Shown here in pieces: positions 8,310 through 14,544 of a stretch of 14,544 nucleotides of DNA (position 1 is the first letter of the stretch; each line of letters begins with the position of its first letter). The notes beneath the pieces are model-generated. The model did not search any database. It saw only the letters and a list, made by a program, of their open reading frames with translations, and was not told the DNA's origin. Both the position numbers and the translations under genes were made by a program. Source of the DNA: Thermoproteaceae archaeon (GTDB lineage: Archaea > Thermoproteota > Thermoprotei > Thermoproteales > Thermoproteaceae); NCBI GenBank assembly GCA_020833025.1, contig JAJHRB010000041.1:1-14544 (forward strand). Direction: 5' to 3'.

Positions 8310-8769
8310 GGGCGGCGCGACTGTCTGAGAGGCCGAGACTGTCCAGCAGGGCGCCCTTTATGTCGCTAACCGCCCCCGGCCTAACCACTACGGGCGGCGC
8401 GCCGCAGCGAAGCGCGCCCTCGTAGACGAGCAGCGCGCGCTTGACCTCAGCGCCAGCCGCGTAGCCCCCGAGCGAGAGGTCGCTCGCCACCACTCTGTGG
8501 CACGGAAGTAGGACGGGAAACGGGTTGCGCAAGAGGAGGCGCGCGGCGGCCCGGGGGGCCATCCCGACGGTCTCGGCGTAGAGCCTGTAGGTAGTGACGC
8601 AGCCGCGGGGCACTCCGAGCAGGTAGAGGAGCCGCGGGTCGGCGCTCTCGACGGGGACTCTCTCAGCCAGCTCGTAGAGCTCCACGCGCTTGCGGCACGC
8701 AAGCGGGCTCACGCGCAACCTTCTGCCGTCCCACCCGATGGTGACGGGCCCGTAAGAGGCGCAGATCAC
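8278..8769 (-). CDS. ogt: Methylated-DNA--protein-cysteine methyltransferase
   Basis: RNPFPVLLPCHRVV active-site motif, TTYRLYAETVG...PRAAARLL helix-turn-helix, LGGYAAG, KRALLVYEG. Start placed at GTG 8769 (AT box about 24 nt upstream); the track start at 8895 overlaps the neighbouring gene. Confidence 0.85.
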   Translation of the reverse strand: MICASYGPVTIGWDGRRLRVSPLACRKRVELYELAERVPVESADPRLLYLLGVPRGCVTTYRLYAETVGMAPRAAARLLLRNPFPVLLPCHRVVASDLSLGGYAAGAEVKRALLVYEGALRCGAPPVVVRPGAVSDIKGALLDSLGLSDSRAAHAGGLQGCRL

Positions 8770-8789
8770 CGAGATCCACGCCCCGCAGG

Positions 8790-8797
8790 AATAAAAA
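8790..8797. promoter_or_regulatory. Shared AT-rich (TATA-like) box between ogt and the MoaD-like gene
   Basis: AATAAAAA, centre about 24.5 nt from GTG 8769 (-) and 25.5 nt from ATG 8819 (+). Confidence 0.55.
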
Positions 8798-8818
8798 CCT
8801 GTCCGCGATTTTGCCGAG

Positions 8819-9091
8819 ATGCCGCGCGTGAGACTTGCCGGCGTGCTAGTATCTCTGGCCGGCGGCGCGCGCGAGCTCGAGGTGCCAGGCAGCACAGTGG
8901 GAGAGGTGCTGGAAAGCCTTGCGTCCGTCTCGAGGGCGCTCTACGAGAGAGTGGTGGGGCCTGGCGGGGAGCCGCGCGGCGACATATACATAGCAGTTAA
9001 CGACGTTGATATTAGGCTGCTCTCAGGCCTCTCGACGAGGGTGGAGGACAAGGACACGGTCCTAGTCCTTGCGTACCTTCACCCGGGCTAG
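8819..9091 (+). CDS. MoaD/ThiS/SAMP/Urm1-type ubiquitin-like protein with atypical C-terminus (HPG)
   Basis: 90 aa with beta-grasp pattern VRL...ELEVPGSTVGEVLESL...IYIAVNDVDIRLLSGLSTRVEDKDTVLVL; ends L-H-P-G-stop (cac ccg ggc tag). Confidence 0.8.
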   Translation: MPRVRLAGVLVSLAGGARELEVPGSTVGEVLESLASVSRALYERVVGPGGEPRGDIYIAVNDVDIRLLSGLSTRVEDKDTVLVLAYLHPG

Positions 9092-9583
9092 CTCCTCTCT
9101 TCGCTCTTTCTGCGCTGCCGCGGCCCTCGAGACCTCGCGCACTTGCGCGCGCACTGCCATCACAACCTCCTTGCGGTAGTACAAAACCCCGCTGGGGACC
9201 TCCTCGCGGGAGAATATTGCCCGGAGGAGGAGGACCGCGCCGAAGAACGTGAAGGTGGCCAGCCCCGTCAGCGCGACCCCCCAGACGGTTGCGTACTCGA
9301 TAAAGCCCTCGAGAGGCGTGAAGGGGAGTATAAGCCTCTGGCCCGCGAGCTCTCTAACGGCCCACAGGCTCGTCACGACGAACCACGCCAGAAGTCCCGC
9401 CAGCCCCCACCTCACTAAAAAGTCGCCGAACCAGCCGGAAAGCGGGCGCCTCGGCGGCATGGACGCGAGCAGGGCTATGAGTGCAGCCACAGCCATGAAG
9501 AGGAGCCAGCACTGGGCGACTGGGTGCGCCAGCGCTGCCCTGGCTCTGTCAGCGAGCAAGGCCCACAGGGCAATTAAGTCCAT
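9062..9583 (-). CDS. Hypothetical integral membrane protein (about 3 TM segments, charged C-terminal tail)
   Basis: 173-aa ORF with hydrophobic stretches (CWLLFMAVAALIALLA; WGLAGLLAWFVVTSLW; VWGVALTGLATFTFFGAVLLL). TTTTATT box at 9606-9612 is 26 nt upstream of ATG. Family not recognised. Confidence 0.7.
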   Translation of the reverse strand: MDLIALWALLADRARAALAHPVAQCWLLFMAVAALIALLASMPPRRPLSGWFGDFLVRWGLAGLLAWFVVTSLWAVRELAGQRLILPFTPLEGFIEYATVWGVALTGLATFTFFGAVLLLRAIFSREEVPSGVLYYRKEVVMAVRAQVREVSRAAAAQKERREELARVKVRKD

Positions 9584-9605
9584 CCTTCACTGCCGGCAAG
9601 TGTAC

Positions 9606-9631
9606 AATAAAACTACAACGTTTAATTTTAA
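9606..9631. promoter_or_regulatory. Two divergent TATA-like boxes (AATAAAA 9606-9612; TTTAATTTTAA 9621-9631)
   Basis: AT-rich island. The first box is positioned for ATG 9583 (-); the second for a plus-strand start near 9653. Confidence 0.55.
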
Positions 9632-9652
9632 CGGGGCAGCGAGTGGCGCGTC

Positions 9653-10006
9653 GTGATTTCAACTAACAGCCCCAGCAAACTTGAACGCGGCGCGCTAAAG
9701 CGCTCCGGGCCGCACGGGGCATTAGAGAGCTCGGGACTCCGGTACGGGATAAAGGCAGGGTGCAAGAAGTCGCATGCGCGTCTCTGCAGCTGCGCGCAGA
9801 GGCCCGCGTGCGGGCCTGCAACAGAGACACCGGAATTGAAAGCAGGAGCACTCATTAACGACGCAGCAAAGGCGCGCCTCTCCGGCCTGGAGAGACCTGT
9901 AAGGCCGCTTGCCGGCCAGTTAAGGCGGCGCAGGAATGAGACAGCCGCCTGGGATGCTCGCGTTGTGGGAGGCGCGGCCTGCCAGAGCCACAGGGCACGC
10001 GCATGA
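9653..10006 (+). CDS. Possible hypothetical protein (117 aa); could instead be a non-coding leader or decayed gene
   Basis: GTG lies about 25 nt after a TATA-like box and its TGA overlaps the dcd ATG (ATGA 10003-10006), but the translation resembles no family I recognise. Confidence 0.25.
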   Translation: MISTNSPSKLERGALKRSGPHGALESSGLRYGIKAGCKKSHARLCSCAQRPACGPATETPELKAGALINDAAKARLSGLERPVRPLAGQLRRRRNETAAWDARVVGGAACQSHRARA

Positions 10007-10533
10007 TCCTCACGAATGACAAAATCAGGGAGCTCGTAGAGTCGGGGAGACTGAGGGTGGAGCCCTTGCGTCCGGACACTCTGCGCGAGAACGGCCTCGA
10101 CCTGAGAGTCGGCGGCGAGTACGCGGCCTACGCGCGCGATGGCATTGCCGTCAACCCGTGCGAGCTGGACGATGCCGGGCACCTCTTCCGCGTCGTGAGG
10201 GCCGACGAGGTCGTGATACCGCCGAGAAGCTTCGCCTTGCTGACAACAGAGGAGTACGTGAGGATGCCGGACGACATCGTCGGGCTGGCGAACCTGCGCT
10301 CAACGCTTGCGAGATACGGCCTGGTGATCCCGCCGACTGTCGTGGACGCGGGGTTCGAGGGAAACATAACAATAGAGGTCGTTAACATGTCGCCGAACGC
10401 GATAGTGCTCAAGAGAGGCATGCGCTTCCTTCACCTAATACTCGTGAGGGCGGAGGGCAGGGCAGCGTACGCCGGGGCCTACCAGGGACAACGCGGGGTC
10501 AGGCCGCCGAAGGGACTGAGGGGAGAGTGCTAG
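10003..10533 (+). CDS. dcd: dCTP deaminase
   Basis: MILTNDKIREL, ENGLDLRVG, LLTTEEYVRMP, LRSTLARYG, VVDAGFEGNITIEVVN, YQGQRGV motifs. Confidence 0.93.
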   Translation: MILTNDKIRELVESGRLRVEPLRPDTLRENGLDLRVGGEYAAYARDGIAVNPCELDDAGHLFRVVRADEVVIPPRSFALLTTEEYVRMPDDIVGLANLRSTLARYGLVIPPTVVDAGFEGNITIEVVNMSPNAIVLKRGMRFLHLILVRAEGRAAYAGAYQGQRGVRPPKGLRGEC

Positions 10534-10582
10534 ATGCCCGCTTCCCTGCATCCCGGCGACCCTCCACACGCACTCGGCACAT

Positions 10583-10732
10583 ATGTGTAAGGTCTGGCTC
10601 ATTAGGGGCACCATACAGCGCCAAGGCGAGCGGCACGTGCACATTTACGTGCACGCCGACACGGCCGGCGACATTATTGAATACGCCGGCAGGACAGTGA
10701 TCGGGATATTAGTACTGGCCGAGGAGAAATGA
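10583..10732 (+). CDS. Small 49-aa protein, AbrB/SpoVT swapped-hairpin-like pattern (not in ORF track)
   Basis: MCKVWLIRGTIQRQGERHVHIYVHADTAGDIIEYAGRTVIGILVLAEEK: beta-turn-beta, short helix, hydrophobic beta strand. Its TGA overlaps the next ATG (ATGA 10729-10732). Fold call is pattern-based inference. Confidence 0.55.
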   Translation: MCKVWLIRGTIQRQGERHVHIYVHADTAGDIIEYAGRTVIGILVLAEEK

Positions 10733-10839
10733 AAGCGTATAGGGCTGTCCTGATCCCGCGAGATACAGAAACTGCCGGAGAGGCGGGTCGGGTTGCGCGA
10801 AGTGCAGCCTTGAAACCGGCAGGGATGAGGCGCCGCTGA
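10729..10839 (+). pseudogene. 36-codon ORF truncated at the IS end; possibly the 5' stub of a TnpB/IS605-OrfB-like gene
   Basis: MKAYRAVLIPRDTETAGEAGRVARSAALKPAGMRRR*. Coupled to the upstream ORF, and its stop TGA (10837-10839) lies inside the IS terminal sequence. The TnpB resemblance rests only on the MKAYRAV start. Confidence 0.4.
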
Positions 10840-11086
10840 CGGCTCCCCGCCCTAAAGGGCAGGGCTCTGCGCCCTCTAGGCTGCCGCTCACCAGTCGGGA
10901 GCCCCTCACGGGCGCGGCATCGCTCTTCAGGCCCCGCCGCCAGCTGCGGAGAGGTGCGGGCTCACGGCCTGCCAGGCTCCCCGCACCCAACGCCGGGTGA
11001 CATTGGCCCATGAAGGGGCCGTGCGCCAGGTGCGGGGCCAGCCCGGCGCTGCATTGCTGCCCGGCTGCATTGAAATCGCGCCAGTG
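10836..11086 (-). mobile_element. IS200/IS605-family remnant: right end with subterminal hairpin, omegaRNA(reRNA)-like scaffold and degenerate TnpB C-terminus
   Basis: Minus strand ends ...GAGCCCTGCCCTTTAGGGCGGGGAGCCGTCAG: hairpin CCCTGCCC-TTTA-GGGCGGGG fully paired with one G.T wobble on this strand, then TCAG. Upstream 8-bp stem 10953-10960/10980-10987. Further upstream HWRDFNAA (11063-11086) resembles the TnpB RDxNAA RuvC-III motif. No tnpA or intact tnpB in the window. Confidence 0.7.
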
Positions 11087-11160
11087 TAATTCAACTGCCG
11101 CCCAGCCCTGCGACCCGCGAGCAGGGCCTCCGGCCCGGATGCGGCGGGAGCGGAAGGGGT

Positions 11161-12009
11161 CTAGAGCCAGAGAGGCTTCATCTCCGCGCGGCTTACTGGT
11201 CTCTTCGTGTAGACGTCAAACACCTCGATGCCGCGCCCTACTATTGCGATTTTCGGCCGCGTTTCCCTGTATGGGGGCGCGGCAGAGCTGAACACCGTGA
11301 TCACGGTACCGCCGTGGCTGATAGCACATCCCCTGGGCGTGTAAGTGTGCCCCCTTATCAGCACCGACGTGCCGCTGGCTCTGTGAAACGCGGCGGTAAC
11401 GCTCGCGCCGAACAGCCACGCGCCGGGGCCCCGCGGGCTCGGCGCGTAGTCGGCGCACTCCTCGCACGGATCGTTCCAGAGCACTTGAAATGCTATCGGG
11501 TCAGCCGGTATTGTGAGGTCGCCAGACACGCTCTTAACGTCCTCGAGTGTGGCGGGGCTCATGTCGGCCCTCAGCGGAATCCCGCCGTGAAGCGCCACGG
11601 CCTCCTGATTTATAACCGCGGCGAGCGGGAGCCCTGCGAAGGCCCTCTCGAACTCCGCATAAACCTCGCCGCACTTGCTGCCCACCTTCTCACACAGCTC
11701 GTCGAGAAAGCCGCCGTCCACGTTCATGATTGGCGACTCGTGATTCCCGCGGAGCGCCACGGCCCTGCCCTCGACGAAGAGCTGGAAGACCTCTGCGACG
11801 ACCTCGAGCCCCATGTTCCCTCTGTCGACGTAGTCGCCGAGGAAGAGATAGGGGCCCTCGAACTCGTTGAGAACCTGTCGGAGCGTTCTGTAGTCTCCGT
11901 GAAGGTCGCCCATCACGGTGTAGCGCCCGCTCAGGCCCACGACAAGACCCGGCGCCCGCTCTCTCACCCGTGCGAGCAGATCTACAAGCTCCTCCACCGT
12001 GATGCCCAT
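11161..12009 (-). CDS. Serine/threonine protein phosphatase, PPP (calcineurin-like metallophosphoesterase) family
   Basis: GDLHGD, FLGDYVDRG, LRGNHES, HGG, LWNDP, IRGH, ITVFSS motifs. TTAAAAAA box at 12033-12040 about 27 nt upstream of ATG. Confidence 0.92.
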   Translation of the reverse strand: MGITVEELVDLLARVRERAPGLVVGLSGRYTVMGDLHGDYRTLRQVLNEFEGPYLFLGDYVDRGNMGLEVVAEVFQLFVEGRAVALRGNHESPIMNVDGGFLDELCEKVGSKCGEVYAEFERAFAGLPLAAVINQEAVALHGGIPLRADMSPATLEDVKSVSGDLTIPADPIAFQVLWNDPCEECADYAPSPRGPGAWLFGASVTAAFHRASGTSVLIRGHTYTPRGCAISHGGTVITVFSSAAPPYRETRPKIAIVGRGIEVFDVYTKRPVSRAEMKPLWL

Positions 12010-12040
12010 CTCGCAGCGCTCCCGCCCCTAATTTTTTTAA

Positions 12041-12352
12041 CTAAGCCTGCTGCCGCGCGCACCTGACAGCAATCGCGCTGCTAAGTGCGCCCGCAAGCGC
12101 CTCGTAACCGATGCCCGCACGCGACAGATCCCTCGTGACGTGCAGCGCCATTGACAGCAGACGCGCGTCAATGTAGCGCGCCAGCTCCTCCTGCAGCGCG
12201 CCTAAGTCCCTGCCGGCGAGCCAGCGCAACAACGGCGGGCTGCCGCGCCAGCGCAGGAAATAGTCCTGCGTAAAAACGCCGCGCCGCAGCTCCGGCGCCT
12301 CGCACAGCAGGTCTGCCAGCGTGTTGATGTTAATGAAGTGCTTGGGGCGGCC
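12041..12352 (-). pseudogene. 5'-truncated gene fragment of unknown family (103 aa)
   Basis: Frame open from 12352 (after TGA at 12355-12353): GRPKHFININTLADLLCEAPELRRGVFTQDYFLRWRGSPPLLRWLAGRDLGALQEELARYIDARLL...RQQA*. Protein-like, but no start codon before the internal TTG at 12232 and no TATA box. Confidence 0.5.
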
Positions 12353-12504
12353 TCAGCATACTGTTCCTGGCGTTACACTTCTTCGCGGTGTCCCACCCGA
12401 GCAATAGACCGCTTCTAGGTGCGATGTTCACAGACGGCAAGGTCGACCTGGAGTGGGCGAGGCACCACATGCCTAGATACTTGGAGAGGCGTGGAGTCGC
12501 TTAA
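12337..12504 (+). pseudogene. fdnI: C-terminal fragment of formate dehydrogenase cytochrome b (gamma) subunit, FdnI-like (not in ORF track)
   Basis: WGGLSILFLALHFFAVSHPSNRPLLGAMFTDGKVDLEWARHHMPRYLERRGVA* matches the FdnI last helix (heme His) and the GKVxxxWAxxHxPR tail. It sits directly upstream of fdhE. In-frame stops lie immediately upstream (12325-12336). Confidence 0.8.
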
Positions 12505-13069
12505 GGATTTAAACGGCGCCATCTGCGGCGAGGACAGACAGTGCCTGGATGAGCTTGAGAGCCTGTCTCAGCTCTTGCGCGAGATAGATGAAATAGCCAG
12601 GGGATTTGAGCTCGAGGCTGCAGAGGGCCCTCCTCCACTTATTACTAACTTAGCTGACGTCGAGCGCGCCAAGCACGCGGCCGCCGCGCGGGTTCCCGCA
12701 AACTTCGCGGACTACCTAATAAGGCGCGCCTTATATTTCAGATACGGCGGCGGGGAGTGGAATGGCAGGTGTAAGGTGTGCGGCGCGCCGGCCTCGCTCG
12801 TCGTCCTCGCGCGGGAGAAGACAGGCATTTTCGAGGGCTACAGAGCGTACGCCAGGTGCGTCTGCGGGTCTGCGTGGCCTTTCGAGGCGTGGAAGTGCCC
12901 GAGCTGCGGGGCCGCGGGCCGCGAGAATTTCGAGGTTTACGCGCTCAAGGAGGGGAGGCTGCTGAGGTGCGCCAGGTGTGGCTATCTGTTCGGCGAGGTG
13001 GAGGAGGGCCCCGACCTCCAGGCGATTCACGTGAAGTTCGCGCTGCTCATTGCAAAGCTGAGGGGGTAG
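12491..13069 (+). CDS. fdhE: Formate dehydrogenase accessory protein FdhE-like
   Basis: CKVCGAP, RCVCGSAW, KCPSCG, CARCGY Cys motifs in FdhE order. Start placed at GTG 12491 with GGAGAGG upstream, overlapping the fdnI stop; the track start at 12419 lies inside the fdnI fragment. Confidence 0.8.
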   Translation: MESLKDLNGAICGEDRQCLDELESLSQLLREIDEIARGFELEAAEGPPPLITNLADVERAKHAAAARVPANFADYLIRRALYFRYGGGEWNGRCKVCGAPASLVVLAREKTGIFEGYRAYARCVCGSAWPFEAWKCPSCGAAGRENFEVYALKEGRLLRCARCGYLFGEVEEGPDLQAIHVKFALLIAKLRG

Positions 13070-13072
13070 CCA

Positions 13073-13774
13073 TCAAAGCCTCCACAGTCTTTTTGCATTT
13101 GTCCCCACAATCTCGCTCACGCAATTCTGTGGCACTCCCCAGAGCTCTGCGAGCTTCTCCACTGCCATCCTGATAGCCGGCGGCGCCAGTCTCAGCCCCC
13201 TGTACTCGTAAGGCCCGTCGCTCTCGAGGACCACGATCCTGCGGTCAGCCTCCCTGGCCACCTCCTGATGGCGCCTCTGGATCGCGACGGCGGGATTTAT
13301 TGAGATGTAGTAGCCCAGGTCCCTGATTGTCTCCAGAAGCTCAACGGGACCGGTGTACCAGTGAATGAGCGCCCTGTCAATGTCAGCCCTCCTCAGCCCG
13401 TCGAGCGCCTCGTGCCACGCGTCCGGCGCGTGCACGTTGACCACGAGGTCTAGCTCTCGCGCGAGCCTCAAGAATGCCTTGAAGTACTCGCGCTGCCTCT
13501 CTATCGTGTGCTGCACAAATCTCCTGTCGAGGCCGACCTCGCCAACGCACGGCACCTCGCTCCTCTCGACAAGCTTCAGTAGCGTTTCGAGATCGCCGGG
13601 CTGCGCGGACTCCACACGCCACGGGTGTATGCCGAGACACCGCACGGCGCCTGCGATCTCCAGAGTCCTTCTCGACGAGCTCACGTCGTCAGACACGCAG
13701 ACGAGAGTCCACGACTTTAGGTACCCATTAAGCTCATCCCGAGAGAACTCGTGGCAGTGAACGTGGCTGTCCAC
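13073..13774 (-). CDS. tatD: TatD-family metal-dependent hydrolase (DNase-like)
   Basis: DSHVH, GIHPW, VGEVGLD, VNVHA, IHWY, LESDGPY motifs. Start GTG 13774 (G/A-rich SD-like sequence upstream); ATG 13858 is an alternative (ATAAA 24 nt upstream). The track extension to 14263 is antisense to the PaRep2b-like remnant. Confidence 0.88.
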   Translation of the reverse strand: MDSHVHCHEFSRDELNGYLKSWTLVCVSDDVSSSRRTLEIAGAVRCLGIHPWRVESAQPGDLETLLKLVERSEVPCVGEVGLDRRFVQHTIERQREYFKAFLRLARELDLVVNVHAPDAWHEALDGLRRADIDRALIHWYTGPVELLETIRDLGYYISINPAVAIQRRHQEVAREADRRIVVLESDGPYEYRGLRLAPPAIRMAVEKLAELWGVPQNCVSEIVGTNAKRLWRL

Positions 13775-14070
13775 AACTCTCTCCCCCCCTTCGGGGCGGG
13801 ACTCCTCTGGGGCCTCGGGGGCTGCTCCCGGCCGGCGGGAGCTATTCCGCTGCTGCATGTGACACAACAATCGCCCCTCTTTATGGCTGCCGCCTGGCTC
13901 CGGTCCGCAGGCCTCCGGGCGCGCGCCCGGAAACCCGCGGCTGCGAGCGGGGCCTCTGGCTCTGGGGGCGGCGGGAGCCAACAGGACTCCCTCCGCGCTT
14001 GAGATGATAGACGGGATGGCCAGCGTCATGTAGAGGATCTTCACTCCCGCCGAAACTACGCCTTCATTAG

Positions 14071-14390
14071 GCTCTTCATGGCGAGTGCGGGAAGGGCGAG
14101 GAGGTCTACGAAAAGGCCTTAGAGGTCGTGGAGAGAGGCAAGGCTGTGAGCTCCTTAAGGCTGGAGGGCCTCGAGAGGGAGGTCGAGGGCCGCCTCGTGA
14201 AGGTCGTAGGCGGCGAGGGCGAGTTGAAAGAGGGTAGAGGCGACAAGACTTGTGGAGCGGCATCTAACTACCAGCGCTCCCTCGGAGATACGCACACCCG
14301 CCGCTCTAGGGTCGGTCTGTCTACCTTTCCCTCAGTTTCTGGAATACCGGCGAGGCGCTTCGACGAGCTGCTGCAAATGGCGAAATCCCG
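14071..14390 (+). pseudogene. Decayed PaRep2b-family fragment
   Basis: GEEVYEKALEVVERGKAVSSLRLEGLEREVEGRLVKVVGGEGELKEGRGDK (14095-14247) closely resembles, from memory, the conserved C-terminal segment of Pyrobaculum PaRep2b proteins; RRFDEL near 14353 may be a further trace. No start codon or 5' part; stop at 14068-14070. Confidence 0.65.
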
Positions 14391-14544
14391 ATCCCTCTCT
14401 TTTTCCCTCCCGAATGCTTATATTGCCCCATTGCTTTGCCCTCTCATGGAGGGGCGCCCCCCGCCGGGCGAGGGGTCCCGCCCGGCGCCGCCGACCAGCT
14501 GCCCGGCCGCCTCCTAAGCTGCGCTGGCGCGTTCAGGCCGGCCG

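Noticed and set aside
9632-10002. Candidate RNase P or SRP RNA
   Set aside because: No GAGGAA-type P4 motif or SRP helix-8 motif on either strand. Kept only as an unexplained region.
10709-11011. 100-aa minus-strand ORF as a functional protein
   Set aside because: It is read-through of the omegaRNA-like scaffold and IS hairpin into the antisense of the two small ORFs.
11010-11291. Plus-strand ORF starting MKGPCARCG as a zinc-ribbon protein
   Set aside because: Only one CxxC, no promoter or coupling, and it overlaps both the IS remnant and the phosphatase antisense.
12330-12359. ATG 12359 plus a +1 frameshift in CCCC as start of the minus-strand fragment
   Set aside because: That ATG lies within the FdnI fragment on the other strand and has no TATA box about 25 nt upstream; a breakpoint explains both fragments more simply.
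13775-14263. 160-aa N-terminal extension of TatD in the ORF track
   Set aside because: Low-complexity P/R-rich text antisense to the PaRep2b-like remnant; TatD motifs begin at DSHVH.
1-14544. CRISPR array, rRNA, integrase or att sites
   Set aside because: No regularly spaced repeats, rRNA signatures, recombinase motifs or long direct repeats were seen by eye.

Overview
GC-rich archaeal DNA, most likely Thermoproteales (Pyrobaculum/Thermoproteus-like). The lineage call is inferred from a PaRep2b-like remnant, a RAM-domain homocitrate synthase, and TATA boxes about 24-27 nt upstream of start codons. Left to right: a PUA/PAPS-reductase-family gene running off the left edge (missing from the ORF track); a 416-aa protein with a low-GC C-terminal PIN-like domain; a COG1361-type surface protein with a MacB/FtsX-like permease and LolD-like ATPase on three separate transcription units; a homocitrate synthase whose apparent ATG is out of frame with its catalytic domain; a SerB-like HAD phosphatase; ogt; a MoaD/SAMP-like protein ending HPG instead of GG; a membrane protein; an unexplained 370-nt stretch; dcd; two small ORFs missing from the track; an IS200/IS605 right end with an omegaRNA-like scaffold and a possible degenerate TnpB C-terminus; a PPP phosphatase; two 5'-truncated genes fused head-to-head (one an fdnI fragment); fdhE; tatD; a decayed PaRep2b-like fragment. 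No CRISPR array, tRNA or rRNA was recognised. Family calls come from motif recognition by eye, not database searches.
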